Below, one piece after another: positions 39,531-49,907 of a stretch of 64,000 nucleotides of DNA. The notes beneath the pieces are model-generated. The model saw only the letters and a list, made by a program, of their open reading frames with translations. It was not told the origin of the DNA and searched no databases. The DNA comes from an uncultured Neisseria sp. GTDB taxonomy: Bacteria > Pseudomonadota > Gammaproteobacteria > Burkholderiales > UBA11063. The DNA lies in the NCBI GenBank assembly GCA_964652705.1, contig CAZZAV010000002.1, forward strand, positions 47,306 through 111,305, read 5' to 3'. The translations under genes were made by a program, and so were the position numbers. How positions within the stretch are numbered: the first letter of the stretch is position 1; every line of letters begins with the position of its first letter.

Positions 39531-41903
39531 ATGAAAATTTCATGGAATCATTTGCAAGGTTTTTTTAGTGAAACCTTGGATAAAAATTTGGTATTAGAGC
39601 GCTTAACGATGGCAGGTTTAGAGGTTGAAGATGATCAACCAGTTGCGCCAGAGTTTAGCGGTATTGTGATTGGTTTGGTGACTGAGTGCATTAAGCATCC
39701 TGATGCAGATAAGCTTTCTTTATGTAAAGTTGATGTTGGCACAGGTGAGGACTTACAAATTATCTGTGGTGCAAGCAATGTTGCTGTTGGGGTTAAAGTT
39801 CCATGTGCTAAAGTTGGTGCCGTTTTACCAGAAAACTTTAAAATAACCGAACGTAAAATGCGTGGAATATTTTCCTATGGAATGTTGTGCAGTGGCGATG
39901 AGTTAGGTTGTCCAAATGATATCGACGGATTGCTACTTTTGCCAGAAGATGCACCAATTGGTGTTGATGTGCGTGAGTATTTAGATTTAAATGATCGCAT
40001 TGTTGAGTTTAAGATTACCCCTAATCGTGGTGACTGCTTATCTTATACTGGTTTGGCACGTGAAATTAGTGCACTAACTGGATTTAAGTTAAAAGAATCA
40101 ACTGATAGTATTAATTACCTTCAGCAAATTAGTTCAAATTTGGCGGTAACAGTTGATGCACCGCAAGATTGTCCGCATTATGTAGGTTTAATTGTTAGTA
40201 ATATTAATAATTCTCAGGCTAGTCCGTCTTGGTTAATTAAGTTGTTAGAACGAAGTGGTGTGCGTACAATTTCTCCAGTTGTAGATATTACTAATTATGT
40301 GATGTTACACCTTGGTCAACCGATGCATGCTTTTGACCTCAATGCAGTACAATTTGGAATTACAGTGCGTATGGCTAATGTTGGTGAACAATTAAAGCTA
40401 TTGGATGGTAAGGTTGCTAATTTAGCGTCAAATACATTGATAATTAGTAATGCAGAAAGTAACCCACTAGCAATTGCTGGTGTAATGGGTGGATTAGACT
40501 CTGGTGTGCAGATAACCACTACATCTTTAGTTTTGGAAAGTGCATTCTTTGCTCCAGCAACAGTTCAAGGCAAAGCTAAGCAGTATGGAGTTAGTTCTGA
40601 TTCGGCTTTCCGTTTTGAGCGCGGTATTGATCCGCAATTACAACATGATGCAATTAATTTGGCAGCGCAATTGCTGGTTGAAATTTGTGGTGGTATGCCA
40701 GCGGATTATTTACATTTTTCAGCACCACAAGCTACGAATCAAGCTCTATCAATTGAGTTAAATTTTAATGAAATTGATAATTTAATTGGTGAAAAAATTG
40801 CGCATGAACAAATAATTAGTATTTTACGTGATTTAGGTTGTCAATTAACTCTTATGGCAGATGGGTTTATTGTAACACCACCAAGTTATCGTTTTGACTT
40901 AAACATTAAGCAAGATTTTATTGAAGAAATTATTCGTGTTTATGGTTATGATAAAATTGAAGCAAAAATGCCTAAATTAACCTATACTTTAAATTCATTA
41001 GATGAGCGCCAAATTCAATTTAATAATTTTAAGCAAACTTTACTTGGGCATGGATTTAATGAAATCGTTAGTTATGCGTTTATTGAAGATAAATATGCCG
41101 ATTTATTTGTCAATCAACAAATTAAAATGGTTAAATTGCAAAATCCAATTGCAGGGTTAAATGTTTTAAGAAACAATTTATTGCCAGGTTTAATTAAGAG
41201 TTTGCAGTATAATTTGAATCGTGGTTATGATCATGCGCGCTTGTTTGAGTTGGCTCGAGTGTTTCATAGTGAAGATGCTAATCAACAGCCATTGCATTTG
41301 GCTGGATTAATTTATGGTAAAATCTCTGCCTTAAATTGGACGCCAATGGCACAGCAAGTTGATTTTTATGATTTACGTTTAGTGGTTGAAGAATTATTGG
41401 CTGGTTATGTTGGATTGACGTTAGTTAAAAGCGATACAACACATCAACTTTGCCATCCAGGACGCAGTGCGTTAATTCAGATTGGTGAGCTTGTAATTGG
41501 TTTTATTGGTCAATTGCATCCAAAATTTGCAAGCGAAATTAATGGCGTTGATTTGCCGTATGTTTTTGAAATTAATTTGGATATCTTACCAAGTTCAAAC
41601 TCATTTAAATTAAAAGCAAGTAGTAAATTTCAGAAAGTATCGCGAGATTTAGCGTTTGTTTTAAATAAAAATGTGCAAGTTGGTACGTTAATGCAACAGA
41701 TTAAACAACTTGAGATTGTTGAATTAATTGATTTGGCTGTATTCGATATTTTTGTCGGTGGGAATTTGGCGGCGAATGAGAAAAGCGTTGCCTTTAATTT
41801 TGTTTTCCAAGCTGAGAAAACCCTAGGTGATGAAGAAATTAACTTATGGTTGAATTCAATCAAATCTTTAGTATGTGATAAATTTGCAGCAAAGCTGCGT
41901 TAA
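39531..41903 (+). CDS. pheT: Phenylalanyl-tRNA synthetase beta subunit
   Basis: HPDADKL, ITPNRGDCLS, SAFRFERG and a C-terminal anticodon-binding domain (SRDLAFV). Confidence 0.97.
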   Translation: MKISWNHLQGFFSETLDKNLVLERLTMAGLEVEDDQPVAPEFSGIVIGLVTECIKHPDADKLSLCKVDVGTGEDLQIICGASNVAVGVKVPCAKVGAVLPENFKITERKMRGIFSYGMLCSGDELGCPNDIDGLLLLPEDAPIGVDVREYLDLNDRIVEFKITPNRGDCLSYTGLAREISALTGFKLKESTDSINYLQQISSNLAVTVDAPQDCPHYVGLIVSNINNSQASPSWLIKLLERSGVRTISPVVDITNYVMLHLGQPMHAFDLNAVQFGITVRMANVGEQLKLLDGKVANLASNTLIISNAESNPLAIAGVMGGLDSGVQITTTSLVLESAFFAPATVQGKAKQYGVSSDSAFRFERGIDPQLQHDAINLAAQLLVEICGGMPADYLHFSAPQATNQALSIELNFNEIDNLIGEKIAHEQIISILRDLGCQLTLMADGFIVTPPSYRFDLNIKQDFIEEIIRVYGYDKIEAKMPKLTYTLNSLDERQIQFNNFKQTLLGHGFNEIVSYAFIEDKYADLFVNQQIKMVKLQNPIAGLNVLRNNLLPGLIKSLQYNLNRGYDHARLFELARVFHSEDANQQPLHLAGLIYGKISALNWTPMAQQVDFYDLRLVVEELLAGYVGLTLVKSDTTHQLCHPGRSALIQIGELVIGFIGQLHPKFASEINGVDLPYVFEINLDILPSSNSFKLKASSKFQKVSRDLAFVLNKNVQVGTLMQQIKQLEIVELIDLAVFDIFVGGNLAANEKSVAFNFVFQAEKTLGDEEINLWLNSIKSLVCDKFAAKLR

Positions 41904-41939
41904 TTTTAAATTTTAATTATTTATTTTTCTGAGGAAAAT

Positions 41940-42239
41940 ATGACAAGTACAGTAACAAAAAATGATTTAATTCAGGTGGTTATGTCTAATTCTGAGTTAA
42001 CGCGTGTTGAGTCATACCGTTTGGTAGAAGACTTCTTTGATGTAATGAGTAAGAGTTTAGAGGATGGGTCAGAGGTTAAAGTTTCTGGTTTTGGTAATTT
42101 CGTATTACGTGACAAAAGCCCACGTGTTGGTCGTAACCCAAAAACTAAAGAAGAGTTTCCAATTAATGCGCGTCGTGTAGTATCTTTTCATACTAGTAAC
42201 TTATTGAAAGAGCAGATAAAAGGATTTAAACCAGAGTAG
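41940..42239 (+). CDS. ihfA: Integration host factor alpha subunit
   Basis: VKVSGFGNF..RDK..R.GRNPKT, directly after pheT. Confidence 0.93.
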   Translation: MTSTVTKNDLIQVVMSNSELTRVESYRLVEDFFDVMSKSLEDGSEVKVSGFGNFVLRDKSPRVGRNPKTKEEFPINARRVVSFHTSNLLKEQIKGFKPE

Positions 42240-42311
42240 TTTACTGGGATAAATCTCCTACTGGTTCAGTGGGTTATAACCACAAAATTAATATGGTGAT
42301 TAGCGGTTTTA

Positions 42312-42320
42312 TGTTAAAAT
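42312..42320 (+). promoter_or_regulatory. Extended -10 promoter TGtTAAAAT for the cyd operon
   Basis: TGnTAAAAT 33 nt upstream of the cydP start. Confidence 0.45.
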
Positions 42321-42352
42321 AACGGCTAGAGAAATCATGAAAGGATTCTACA

Positions 42353-42490
42353 ATGTTTAAACAATATTGGAAAGAGATTTTCTGCTTACTCGTAATAAAG
42401 GCCGTTTTATTAACTGGATTGTGGTACAAGTCATTTCGGACACCTCCGCAATTAGATGATAAAGCTGCTGGTGAGCACATCATTTATTAA
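42353..42490 (+). CDS. cydP: 45-aa single-TM protein, CydP-like cytochrome bd small subunit (not in ORF track)
   Basis: AAAGGA RBS, then MFKQYWKEIFCLLVIKAVLLTGLWYKSFRTPPQLDDKAAGEHIIY*. The EI..L..K..L...W...F pattern matches CydP and the stop is 17 nt before cydA. Confidence 0.7.
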   Translation: MFKQYWKEIFCLLVIKAVLLTGLWYKSFRTPPQLDDKAAGEHIIY

Positions 42491-42507
42491 TTTTTGAGGG
42501 TTAAACT

Positions 42508-44064
42508 ATGGAAACACTAGTTGACTTATCGCGGTTACAATTCGCGATAACTGCGCTATACCATTTTATTTTCGTGCCATTAACTTTGGGCATGACATGG
42601 TTATTAGTAATTATGGAGACTATCTACGTAATTACTGGTAAGCAAATCTATAAGGATATGACTAAATTCTGGGGTAAGCTTTTTGGTATTAACTTTGCAA
42701 TTGGAGTTACCACTGGTCTTACCATGGAATTCCAGTTTGGTACTAATTGGGCGTATTATTCACACTATGTTGGCGATATTTTTGGCGTTCCTTTAGCCAT
42801 TGAAGGCTTGATGGCGTTTTTCTTAGAGTCAACATTCATTGGAATGTTCTTCTTTGCGTGGGATCGCGTATCGAAGAAACAACATTTATTCTTTACAATC
42901 TTAGTTGCTATTGGTTCAAATTTATCTGCATTGTGGATTTTGGTCGCTAATGGCTGGATGCAAGATCCAGTTGGAACAGTTTTTAATCCAATTACTATGC
43001 GTATGGAAATGTCAAGTTTCTACGCGGTGTTATTTAGCCCTGTTGCACAAGCTAAATTTTTCCATACAACCTGTGCTGGTTATGTAACTGCTTCAGTGTT
43101 TGTGATGGGAATCTCTGCTTTCTATTTGTTGAAAAAACAAGATCTACCTTTTGCCCGCCGTTCATTTAAAGTTTCTGCGCTATTCGGTTTTTTTGCTTCA
43201 ATCGCGGTGATTATTATGGGTGATCAGTCTGGTTTATATGTGTATCATGCGCAACCATCAAAATTAGTTGCAATTGAAGGTATTTGGCACACTGAGAAAG
43301 CACCTGTGCCATGGTCATTAGTGGCTTGGCCAGATCAAAAGACTCATTCTAATCTTTTTGATGTTAAAGTTCCATATCTTGGTAGTTTAATCTTAACACA
43401 TGATTTTACGACTGATGTTAAAGGTGCCGATGAGATCATTGCAGAAAATAAAGTTAAGATTGTTAAGGGGCAACAGGTTCTATTACAACTTGAACAATTT
43501 AGAAAAAATCCTCATGATACATCATTGGTCGCACAAATTCAGGCTAATTCTGAATATCTTGGTTATGGATTGTTATTGAAAAAATATACCGAAGATTTAC
43601 ATAATGTTACACCGCAGATGGTTGATCAAGCTGCTGAAAGCACAATTCCTGGTGTTTTACCGTTGTATTATAGCTTTAGAATCATGGCGTTTCTGGGTGC
43701 ATCTTTCTTTATGTTATTTGGTTTAGCTAGTTGGTATTCATTTGGTAAACGTAAATCTTATGAAGCCAAAACTTGGCTACTAAAATGGGCCTTATGGTGG
43801 ATGCCAACTCCGTGGATTGCTTGTTGGGCTGGTTGGATTGTTGCAGAATATGGCCGTCAACCATGGTCAATCTTTGGAATTTTACCAACTTATTTATCTG
43901 CATCAAGTTTAACTAGTGGTGAAGTTATTTTCTCGTTGGTTGGATTTGTGGTAATTTATACCTTATTACTAATTGTTGAATTATGGTTGATGTTTAAGTA
44001 TGCACGCTTAGGTCCATCAAGTCTTGGTACTGGAAAATATCATTTTGAATTAGAGGGGAAATAA
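42508..44064 (+). CDS. cydA: Cytochrome bd ubiquinol oxidase subunit I (long Q-loop)
   Basis: LSRLQFA..ALYHF.FVPLT, MEFQFGTNW, EGLMAFFLES, QPSKL.AIEG and EYGRQPW. Confidence 0.98.
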   Translation: METLVDLSRLQFAITALYHFIFVPLTLGMTWLLVIMETIYVITGKQIYKDMTKFWGKLFGINFAIGVTTGLTMEFQFGTNWAYYSHYVGDIFGVPLAIEGLMAFFLESTFIGMFFFAWDRVSKKQHLFFTILVAIGSNLSALWILVANGWMQDPVGTVFNPITMRMEMSSFYAVLFSPVAQAKFFHTTCAGYVTASVFVMGISAFYLLKKQDLPFARRSFKVSALFGFFASIAVIIMGDQSGLYVYHAQPSKLVAIEGIWHTEKAPVPWSLVAWPDQKTHSNLFDVKVPYLGSLILTHDFTTDVKGADEIIAENKVKIVKGQQVLLQLEQFRKNPHDTSLVAQIQANSEYLGYGLLLKKYTEDLHNVTPQMVDQAAESTIPGVLPLYYSFRIMAFLGASFFMLFGLASWYSFGKRKSYEAKTWLLKWALWWMPTPWIACWAGWIVAEYGRQPWSIFGILPTYLSASSLTSGEVIFSLVGFVVIYTLLLIVELWLMFKYARLGPSSLGTGKYHFELEGK

Positions 44065-44065
44065 C

Positions 44066-45211
44066 ATGGAATATGCAATTCTTCGCGTAATTTGGTGGGT
44101 GCTGGTTGCCGTGTTGATGGTTGGTTTGATGATTATGGATGGTCATGATATGGGGGTTGGAACTTTATCGCCATTTGTAGGTAAAACAGACTCTGAACGC
44201 CGTGCTGCAATTAACTCGGTTGCTCCGCATTGGGATGGAAATCAGGTTTGGTTTATTACTGGTGGTGGTGCAGTTTTTGCTGCGTGGCCACTAGTTTATG
44301 CTGCATCATTTTCAATGCTATATCTTGCGATCTTAGCAGTATTGTGGACATTATTCTTACGTGCTCCTGCATTTGATTATCGTTCTAAGATTGCTAATCC
44401 AACATGGCGTGCAACTTGGGACTGGGTCTTATTTGTTGGTTCTGCAGTTCCGCCATTGTTATTTGGTGTGGCTGTCGGTAATGTCATGCTAGGTATTCCA
44501 TTTCACTTTGATGATAGTATGCGTTTGACGAGTGATGCAACTAATCCAATTTTTGGATTTTTAGGATTACTGTCACCATTTGCATTATTATGTGGCTTGG
44601 TTTCTTTGTGTATGACTATTGCGCATGGCGGGGTTTATTTGTCAATTCGTACTGAAGGTGGTATGCAGTCTCGTGCTAAAAAAGCTGCTACAATATTCTC
44701 GATTTTGGCAATTGTGTTGTTTGCTATTGGTGGTTTAATGGTAGGTCATATTAATGGCTATGTTGCGACTAACTTGGATCCTAGTGCTGCATCAGATCCG
44801 CTGATGAAAACAGTTGAAGTAGTGAAGGGGGCTTGGTTAAATAATTATAAACTGTATCCAATTACTATGTTAGTGCCTGCACTAGGTTTTATTGGGCTAT
44901 TGGGTTCAATGATATTCAATGTTAAAGGAAAATCAGTAATTGCGTTTATTTTTAGTGGCGTTGGGATTGCAGGTATTATTTTAACTGCTGGGGTGTCGAT
45001 GTTCCCATTTATTATGCCATCTAGTACTAACCCGATTAGTAGTTTAACTGCTTGGGATGCTACCTCATCTGAGCACACTTTGCTTTTAATGTTGGTTGCT
45101 GCAATTATTTTTGTGCCAATTATTTTGTGCTATACTAGTTGGGTATACAAAATAATGCGCGGTAAATTAACTGCTGCACGAATTGAAGAAAATTCACATT
45201 CAATGTATTAA
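44066..45211 (+). CDS. cydB: Cytochrome bd ubiquinol oxidase subunit II
   Basis: DGHDMGVG, PHWDGNQVW, FAAWP and SLTAWDATSS..TL. Confidence 0.97.
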   Translation: MEYAILRVIWWVLVAVLMVGLMIMDGHDMGVGTLSPFVGKTDSERRAAINSVAPHWDGNQVWFITGGGAVFAAWPLVYAASFSMLYLAILAVLWTLFLRAPAFDYRSKIANPTWRATWDWVLFVGSAVPPLLFGVAVGNVMLGIPFHFDDSMRLTSDATNPIFGFLGLLSPFALLCGLVSLCMTIAHGGVYLSIRTEGGMQSRAKKAATIFSILAIVLFAIGGLMVGHINGYVATNLDPSAASDPLMKTVEVVKGAWLNNYKLYPITMLVPALGFIGLLGSMIFNVKGKSVIAFIFSGVGIAGIILTAGVSMFPFIMPSSTNPISSLTAWDATSSEHTLLLMLVAAIIFVPIILCYTSWVYKIMRGKLTAARIEENSHSMY

Positions 45212-45221
45212 GGAGAACTAT

Positions 45222-45323
45222 ATGACATTCTTAGTTTGGGCGATTGGCGCCTACATTATAGTACGTATTGTAAGTGATAGCCTAGTTAAGCAAGAACGCG
45301 ATCCAAGTGATTTAGATCGTTAG
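45222..45323 (+). CDS. cydX: 33-aa single-TM protein, divergent CydX-like subunit (not in ORF track)
   Basis: AAGGAG RBS overlapping the cydB stop, then MTFLVWAIGAYIIVRIVSDSLVKQERDPSDLDR*. W6 and G9 are placed as in E. coli CydX. Confidence 0.65.
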   Translation: MTFLVWAIGAYIIVRIVSDSLVKQERDPSDLDR

Positions 45324-45340
45324 TCTCAAAATTTAATTTT

Positions 45341-45377
45341 AATCCCCACTTAGATTTAAAAGTCTAGTGGGGATTTT
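45341..45377 (+). terminator. Intrinsic terminator after the cyd operon
   Basis: AATCCCCACT(T)AGA / TCTAGTGGGGATT stem followed by T residues. Confidence 0.8.
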
Positions 45378-45697
45378 AATTATATAAAGTTCAAATTTAT
45401 GATTTAATGAGGATCTTTATCCTAATTTTTTGTATCGACTGGTCTAGTTTTTCTATGTTATGATACGGTCTTATTAACTTTATATCACAAAATCTTCAAC
45501 TATAGTTTATTTTACTTTCCAATATCCGTATAACTATATACAATTAAATTGTAGAGCTAATTGTTTGGTCTGCTTCAGGTACAGGCAGTTTTTTGATGAA
45601 GAAGTTTATGATATATCGTACTACATGTCATCGCCAAACGTGAAACGTGAGATTGATTTGAAGTTTAAATATATTTAATCCTGTTAAGTAGGGCATT

Positions 45698-46063
45698 ATG
45701 CAAATTTTAAAGTATGTGTTTTTAGGAATTATATCGGTAAGTGCTTTAGTTGGATGTAATCATCAAAAAAGAAATACCCATAAGCTATTAGTTAACCCAG
45801 AATATGTTGGACGTTGGACCGATTCTTCTGGATGTAATCTTGAATTGGCTAATGATAGTAATCACCTGAAATTAGTATCTTTTTCTAATGGACAGCAACA
45901 TTATGCAGATGTCTTTTTAGAAGTTCAAAAAGATGGTATCTTTACGCGTATTCAATCTGAAAGCTCTACAGGTATAGCGTTCTCAGGAATATTCTCTGAA
46001 GGGTTTTTAATGATTGATAATAAGCTATGTAAGCAAGCTTTACATAAAGATAGTAATCAATAG
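45698..46063 (+). CDS. Hypothetical lipoprotein
   Basis: Basic N-terminus, hydrophobic core and lipobox LVGC at residue 20. No family recognised. Confidence 0.65.
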   Translation: MQILKYVFLGIISVSALVGCNHQKRNTHKLLVNPEYVGRWTDSSGCNLELANDSNHLKLVSFSNGQQHYADVFLEVQKDGIFTRIQSESSTGIAFSGIFSEGFLMIDNKLCKQALHKDSNQ

Positions 46064-46108
46064 TGTTGCATATTTGTTAATTTATCAAAATTGATTTTAG
46101 TTAGTCGA

Positions 46109-46122
46109 TTGATAATGAACAA
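46109..46122. promoter_or_regulatory. FNR-box-like site upstream of cyoA
   Basis: TTGAT-aatg-AACAA, 9/10 match to TTGAT-N4-ATCAA. The AT-rich background weakens this. Confidence 0.3.
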
Positions 46123-46317
46123 AAACCTAATTCAGCCATATTTAATTTACTTCGAGTCATTAAAGTTAAGAGAAAGTGTTTGTTTTAATTGTTAATGATT
46201 GATTCATTAATCATAGATTTATTGATTTATTAAACCTAAGTTATATAAATTTTTATGATTTAAGACTTTATACTAGTAAAATTAAGCTTAATAACCTTGT
46301 TGGTACGCAATGGTTAA

Positions 46318-46326
46318 TGATAAAAT
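46318..46326 (+). promoter_or_regulatory. Extended -10 promoter TGaTAAAAT for the cyo operon
   Basis: TGnTAAAAT about 60 nt upstream of cyoA. Confidence 0.45.
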
Positions 46327-46388
46327 CTACGTTTAAATGTGCTTATTAGGTAATTTTAACAACTCATTCATAAGGGATTTTGAAAAAT

Positions 46389-47276
46389 ATGAATAAGAAA
46401 TGGAAAGCTTTCTTATCCGGATGTGCTGCCCTTGGGGTTATGGCATCGCTTAGTGGTTGTAAAGAAGCAGTGCTCATTCACTCTAAAGGTATGATCGGAC
46501 GTGATGAAAGAGATTTAATTTATACGGCATTGATTTTAATGCTTTTAATCGTTGTGCCAGTTATTATCATGGTATTTGTATTTGCTTGGAAGTACCGAGC
46601 TTCAAATACGAATGCACGATATGAACCAGATTGGCATCATAGCAATAAAATTGAGGTGGCTATTTGGGGTATTCCAATTTTAATTATCGTAATTTTAGCA
46701 ACCATTACGTGGAAAACTACCCATGAATTGGATCCATATAAGCCAATTGAAATGAATGGCGTGAAGCCAGTTACCATTCAAGTGGTTGCACTGGATTGGA
46801 AATGGTTATTTATTTACCCAGAGCAAAAAATAGCTACTTTAAACTATGTGGCTTTCCCTGCGAACGTGCCAATTGAATTTAAGGTTACTGCTGATGCTCC
46901 GATGAATTCATTTATGATTCCGCAGCTTGGTGGTCAAATTTATGCAATGGGTGGAATGCAAACTAAATTGCATCTAATTGCTGATGAAGCTGGTGATTAT
47001 GGCGGTCGTTCGGTAAGCTATAGTGGTGGTGGTTTTAATGGTATGATATTTACTGCTCATGTGACAAAATCGCAACAAGATTTTGATGCGTGGGTTGAGC
47101 AAATTAAACAAAATCCAGCTACCCTTGATGGTGCAAAATATCTTGAATTAGTTAAGCCAAGCGAATACAATAAACCGCAATATTTTGGTTCCGTTCAAGA
47201 TAATTTATTCGACGATATTTTGATGAAGTTTATGATGCCTGGTATGGATAATATGCAGGGAATGGATCATAAATAA
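46389..47276 (+). CDS. cyoA: Cytochrome bo3 ubiquinol oxidase subunit II
   Basis: Lipobox LSGC, WHHSNKIE, QVVALDWKWLFIYP and MNSFMIPQLGGQIYAM. No CuA cysteines. Confidence 0.96.
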   Translation: MNKKWKAFLSGCAALGVMASLSGCKEAVLIHSKGMIGRDERDLIYTALILMLLIVVPVIIMVFVFAWKYRASNTNARYEPDWHHSNKIEVAIWGIPILIIVILATITWKTTHELDPYKPIEMNGVKPVTIQVVALDWKWLFIYPEQKIATLNYVAFPANVPIEFKVTADAPMNSFMIPQLGGQIYAMGGMQTKLHLIADEAGDYGGRSVSYSGGGFNGMIFTAHVTKSQQDFDAWVEQIKQNPATLDGAKYLELVKPSEYNKPQYFGSVQDNLFDDILMKFMMPGMDNMQGMDHK

Positions 47277-47316
47277 TCTAGTTTGGTAATTTATTTGTTT
47301 TAAGTTAGGAAGTGTA

Positions 47317-49296
47317 ATGTTTGATTTAATGGGAAGATTGTCATGGGATTCAATACCAATCCATGAACCGCCTGCAATAATTGCGGGTGGTGGTATGGTT
47401 GGTGGTGCAATAGCCCTATTTGCCCTAATTACCTACTTAGGTAAATGGCGTTATTTGTGGACCGAGTGGTTGACGACAGTTGATCATAAAAAAATCGGGG
47501 TCATGTATATCATAGTTGCAATCGTAATGTTATTGCGTGGTTTTGCGGATGCATTATTAATGCGTACTCAGCAGGCGATTTCGGTAGGATCTAATTATGG
47601 ATTCTTACCGCCAAGCCATTATGATCAAATCTTTACAGCGCATGGCGTAATCATGATTTTCTTTATGGCTATGCCGCTAGTAATTGGTCTAATGAATATC
47701 GCGGTGCCATTGCAAATTGGTGCACGTGACGTGGCGTTCCCATTCTTAAACTCATTAAGCTTTTGGCTATTTGTAGTTGGAATGGTCTTGATCATGATTT
47801 CATTGATCGTTGGTGAATTTGGGAAAACTGGTTGGTTGGCATATCCTCCATTATCAGAAACCCAATATAGTCCAGGGGTCGGTGTTGATTATTATTTGTG
47901 GGCACTGCAGATATCAGGTATTGGTACCTTAATTTCGGGGATTAATTTCTTTGTAACAATTATTAAAATGCGTTGTCCTGGTATGACGTTAATGAGAATG
48001 CCTGTGTTTACTTGGGCTTCATTATGTGCAAATATTTTAATTATTATTGCTTTCCCGATTTTAACTGTAACTTTGGGTATGTTGTGTTTAGACCGTTACT
48101 TAGATTTCCATTTCTTTACTAATGATTTTGGTGGAAATCCAATGATGTATATTAATATGATTTGGGCTTGGGGTCATCCTGAAGTTTATATTCTTATTTT
48201 GCCATTGTTTGGGGTTTATTCAGAGATCGTTGCGACATTCTCTAAAAAACGCTTATTTGGCTACACAACAATGGTTTATGCAACAGTATGTATTACTATT
48301 TTATCATTCATCGTTTGGTTGCATCATTTCTTCACGATGGGTGCTGGCGCGAATGTAAATGCATTCTTTGGTATTACAACTATGATTATTGCAATTCCAA
48401 CTGGGGTTAAGATTTTCAACTGGTTGTTTACAATGTATCGTGGACGAATTACCTTTACAGCTCCAATGTATTGGTTAATTGGGTTTATGGTGACATTTAC
48501 AGTTGGTGGTTTAACAGGTGTATTGCTTGCAGTTCCTGGTGCTGACTTCTTATTACATAACAGCTTATTCCTAATTGCCCATTTCCATAATGTTATTATC
48601 GGTGGTGTGGTTTTTGGTTGTATGGCTGGTTTGTCATTTTGGTTTCCAAAAGCCTTTGGTTTTAAATTACATGAAGGTCTAGGTAAAGCGTCTTTCTGGT
48701 GTTGGATTGTTGGATTCTTCGTAGCATTTATGCCGTTGTATATCTTGGGGTTCATGGGCGCTACGCGTCGTTTAAGCCATTATGATGCTTCAACTGGTTG
48801 GCATCCATTCTTTGTAGTTGCGTTCTTTGGTGCTTTAATTATTTTTGCTGGGATTGGTTTCCAATTATTGCAAATCGTAGTTAGTATTATTCAGCGTAAA
48901 CAAAATATGGATTTAACTGGTGATCCATGGGATGGTCGTACATTAGAGTGGTCAACTCATTCACCAACTCCATTCTATAACTTTGCTTTTGTTCCAGAAG
49001 TTAATAGCTTAGAGCCTTTCTGGGATGCTAAACAAGCAGGTATAAAACCTGAAACTCGTCCATATGAAGATATCCATATGCCGAAAAATTCAGGCTTAGG
49101 GGTAATTATTGGTGGGTTTGCCTTTTTATTCGGTTTTGGTTTAGTTTGGTATATGTGGTGGTTAGCAGCAATTGGTGCAGTTGGAATGATTGTTAGCGTT
49201 TTTGCTCGCTCATTTGACTACGACATCGACTACTATGTTAAAGCTGAAGAAGTTGAAAGAATAGAAAATGAATATCTCAAGAGGAAAAATGGATAA
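47317..49296 (+). CDS. cyoB: Cytochrome bo3 ubiquinol oxidase subunit I
   Basis: [26 protein letters not shown] and AHFHNV. Confidence 0.98.
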   Translation: MFDLMGRLSWDSIPIHEPPAIIAGGGMVGGAIALFALITYLGKWRYLWTEWLTTVDHKKIGVMYIIVAIVMLLRGFADALLMRTQQAISVGSNYGFLPPSHYDQIFTAHGVIMIFFMAMPLVIGLMNIAVPLQIGARDVAFPFLNSLSFWLFVVGMVLIMISLIVGEFGKTGWLAYPPLSETQYSPGVGVDYYLWALQISGIGTLISGINFFVTIIKMRCPGMTLMRMPVFTWASLCANILIIIAFPILTVTLGMLCLDRYLDFHFFTNDFGGNPMMYINMIWAWGHPEVYILILPLFGVYSEIVATFSKKRLFGYTTMVYATVCITILSFIVWLHHFFTMGAGANVNAFFGITTMIIAIPTGVKIFNWLFTMYRGRITFTAPMYWLIGFMVTFTVGGLTGVLLAVPGADFLLHNSLFLIAHFHNVIIGGVVFGCMAGLSFWFPKAFGFKLHEGLGKASFWCWIVGFFVAFMPLYILGFMGATRRLSHYDASTGWHPFFVVAFFGALIIFAGIGFQLLQIVVSIIQRKQNMDLTGDPWDGRTLEWSTHSPTPFYNFAFVPEVNSLEPFWDAKQAGIKPETRPYEDIHMPKNSGLGVIIGGFAFLFGFGLVWYMWWLAAIGAVGMIVSVFARSFDYDIDYYVKAEEVERIENEYLKRKNG

Positions 49297-49907
49297 TGGC
49301 AACAAATGCACTTAATAATCATGCCGAACATCATGAACATGATGATCATGGGGCAACCTCGCGAGTAGTATTTGGTTTCTGGATCTATATTATGAGCGAT
49401 TGCATATTGTTTGCATGTATTTTTGCAACTTATGCAGTGTTACATGGCAATACTTATGGTGGACCTGGAGCAAAAGAGCTCTTTGAAATGCCATATGTTT
49501 TGACTGAAACATTTATTTTATTGACTAGTAGCTTTACTTACGGTTTAGCAATGCTTGCTGTACACAAGGGTAATAAAAATCAAGTTTTAGTTTGGTTATT
49601 CGTAACCTTCTTACTTGGTTTCTCTTTCATGTGTATGGAAGTTCACGAGTTCCGCAACTTGATCGCAGAAGGTCATGGTCCGCAACATAGCGCGTTTCTA
49701 TCATCATTTTTCACTTTAGTTGGGACTCATGGTTTGCACGTAACGTGTGGTTTAATTTGGATGGTTTTGATGATGTTACAAGTGTCTAAACATGGCATTA
49801 CTAACGTTACGATTCGCAAATTAACTTGCTTAAGCTTATTCTGGCATTTCTTAGATATCGTGTGGATTTTTGTCTTTACGATTGTATATTTGATGGGAGC
49901 AATGTAA
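49296..49907 (+). CDS. cyoC: Cytochrome bo3 subunit III
   Basis: FGFWIYIMSDCILF, FFTLVGTHGLHV and FWHFLDIVWI. Confidence 0.97.
   Translation: MATNALNNHAEHHEHDDHGATSRVVFGFWIYIMSDCILFACIFATYAVLHGNTYGGPGAKELFEMPYVLTETFILLTSSFTYGLAMLAVHKGNKNQVLVWLFVTFLLGFSFMCMEVHEFRNLIAEGHGPQHSAFLSSFFTLVGTHGLHVTCGLIWMVLMMLQVSKHGITNVTIRKLTCLSLFWHFLDIVWIFVFTIVYLMGAM

Noticed and set aside
42274-42483. Minus-strand 69-aa ORF in the track
   Set aside because: It is antisense to the better-supported cydP ORF, which has an RBS, a TM helix and the expected position.
45478-45678. Open + frame (LYITKSS...REIDLKFKYI) as a gene remnant
   Set aside because: No usable start or RBS near its 5' end and no recognisable motif.
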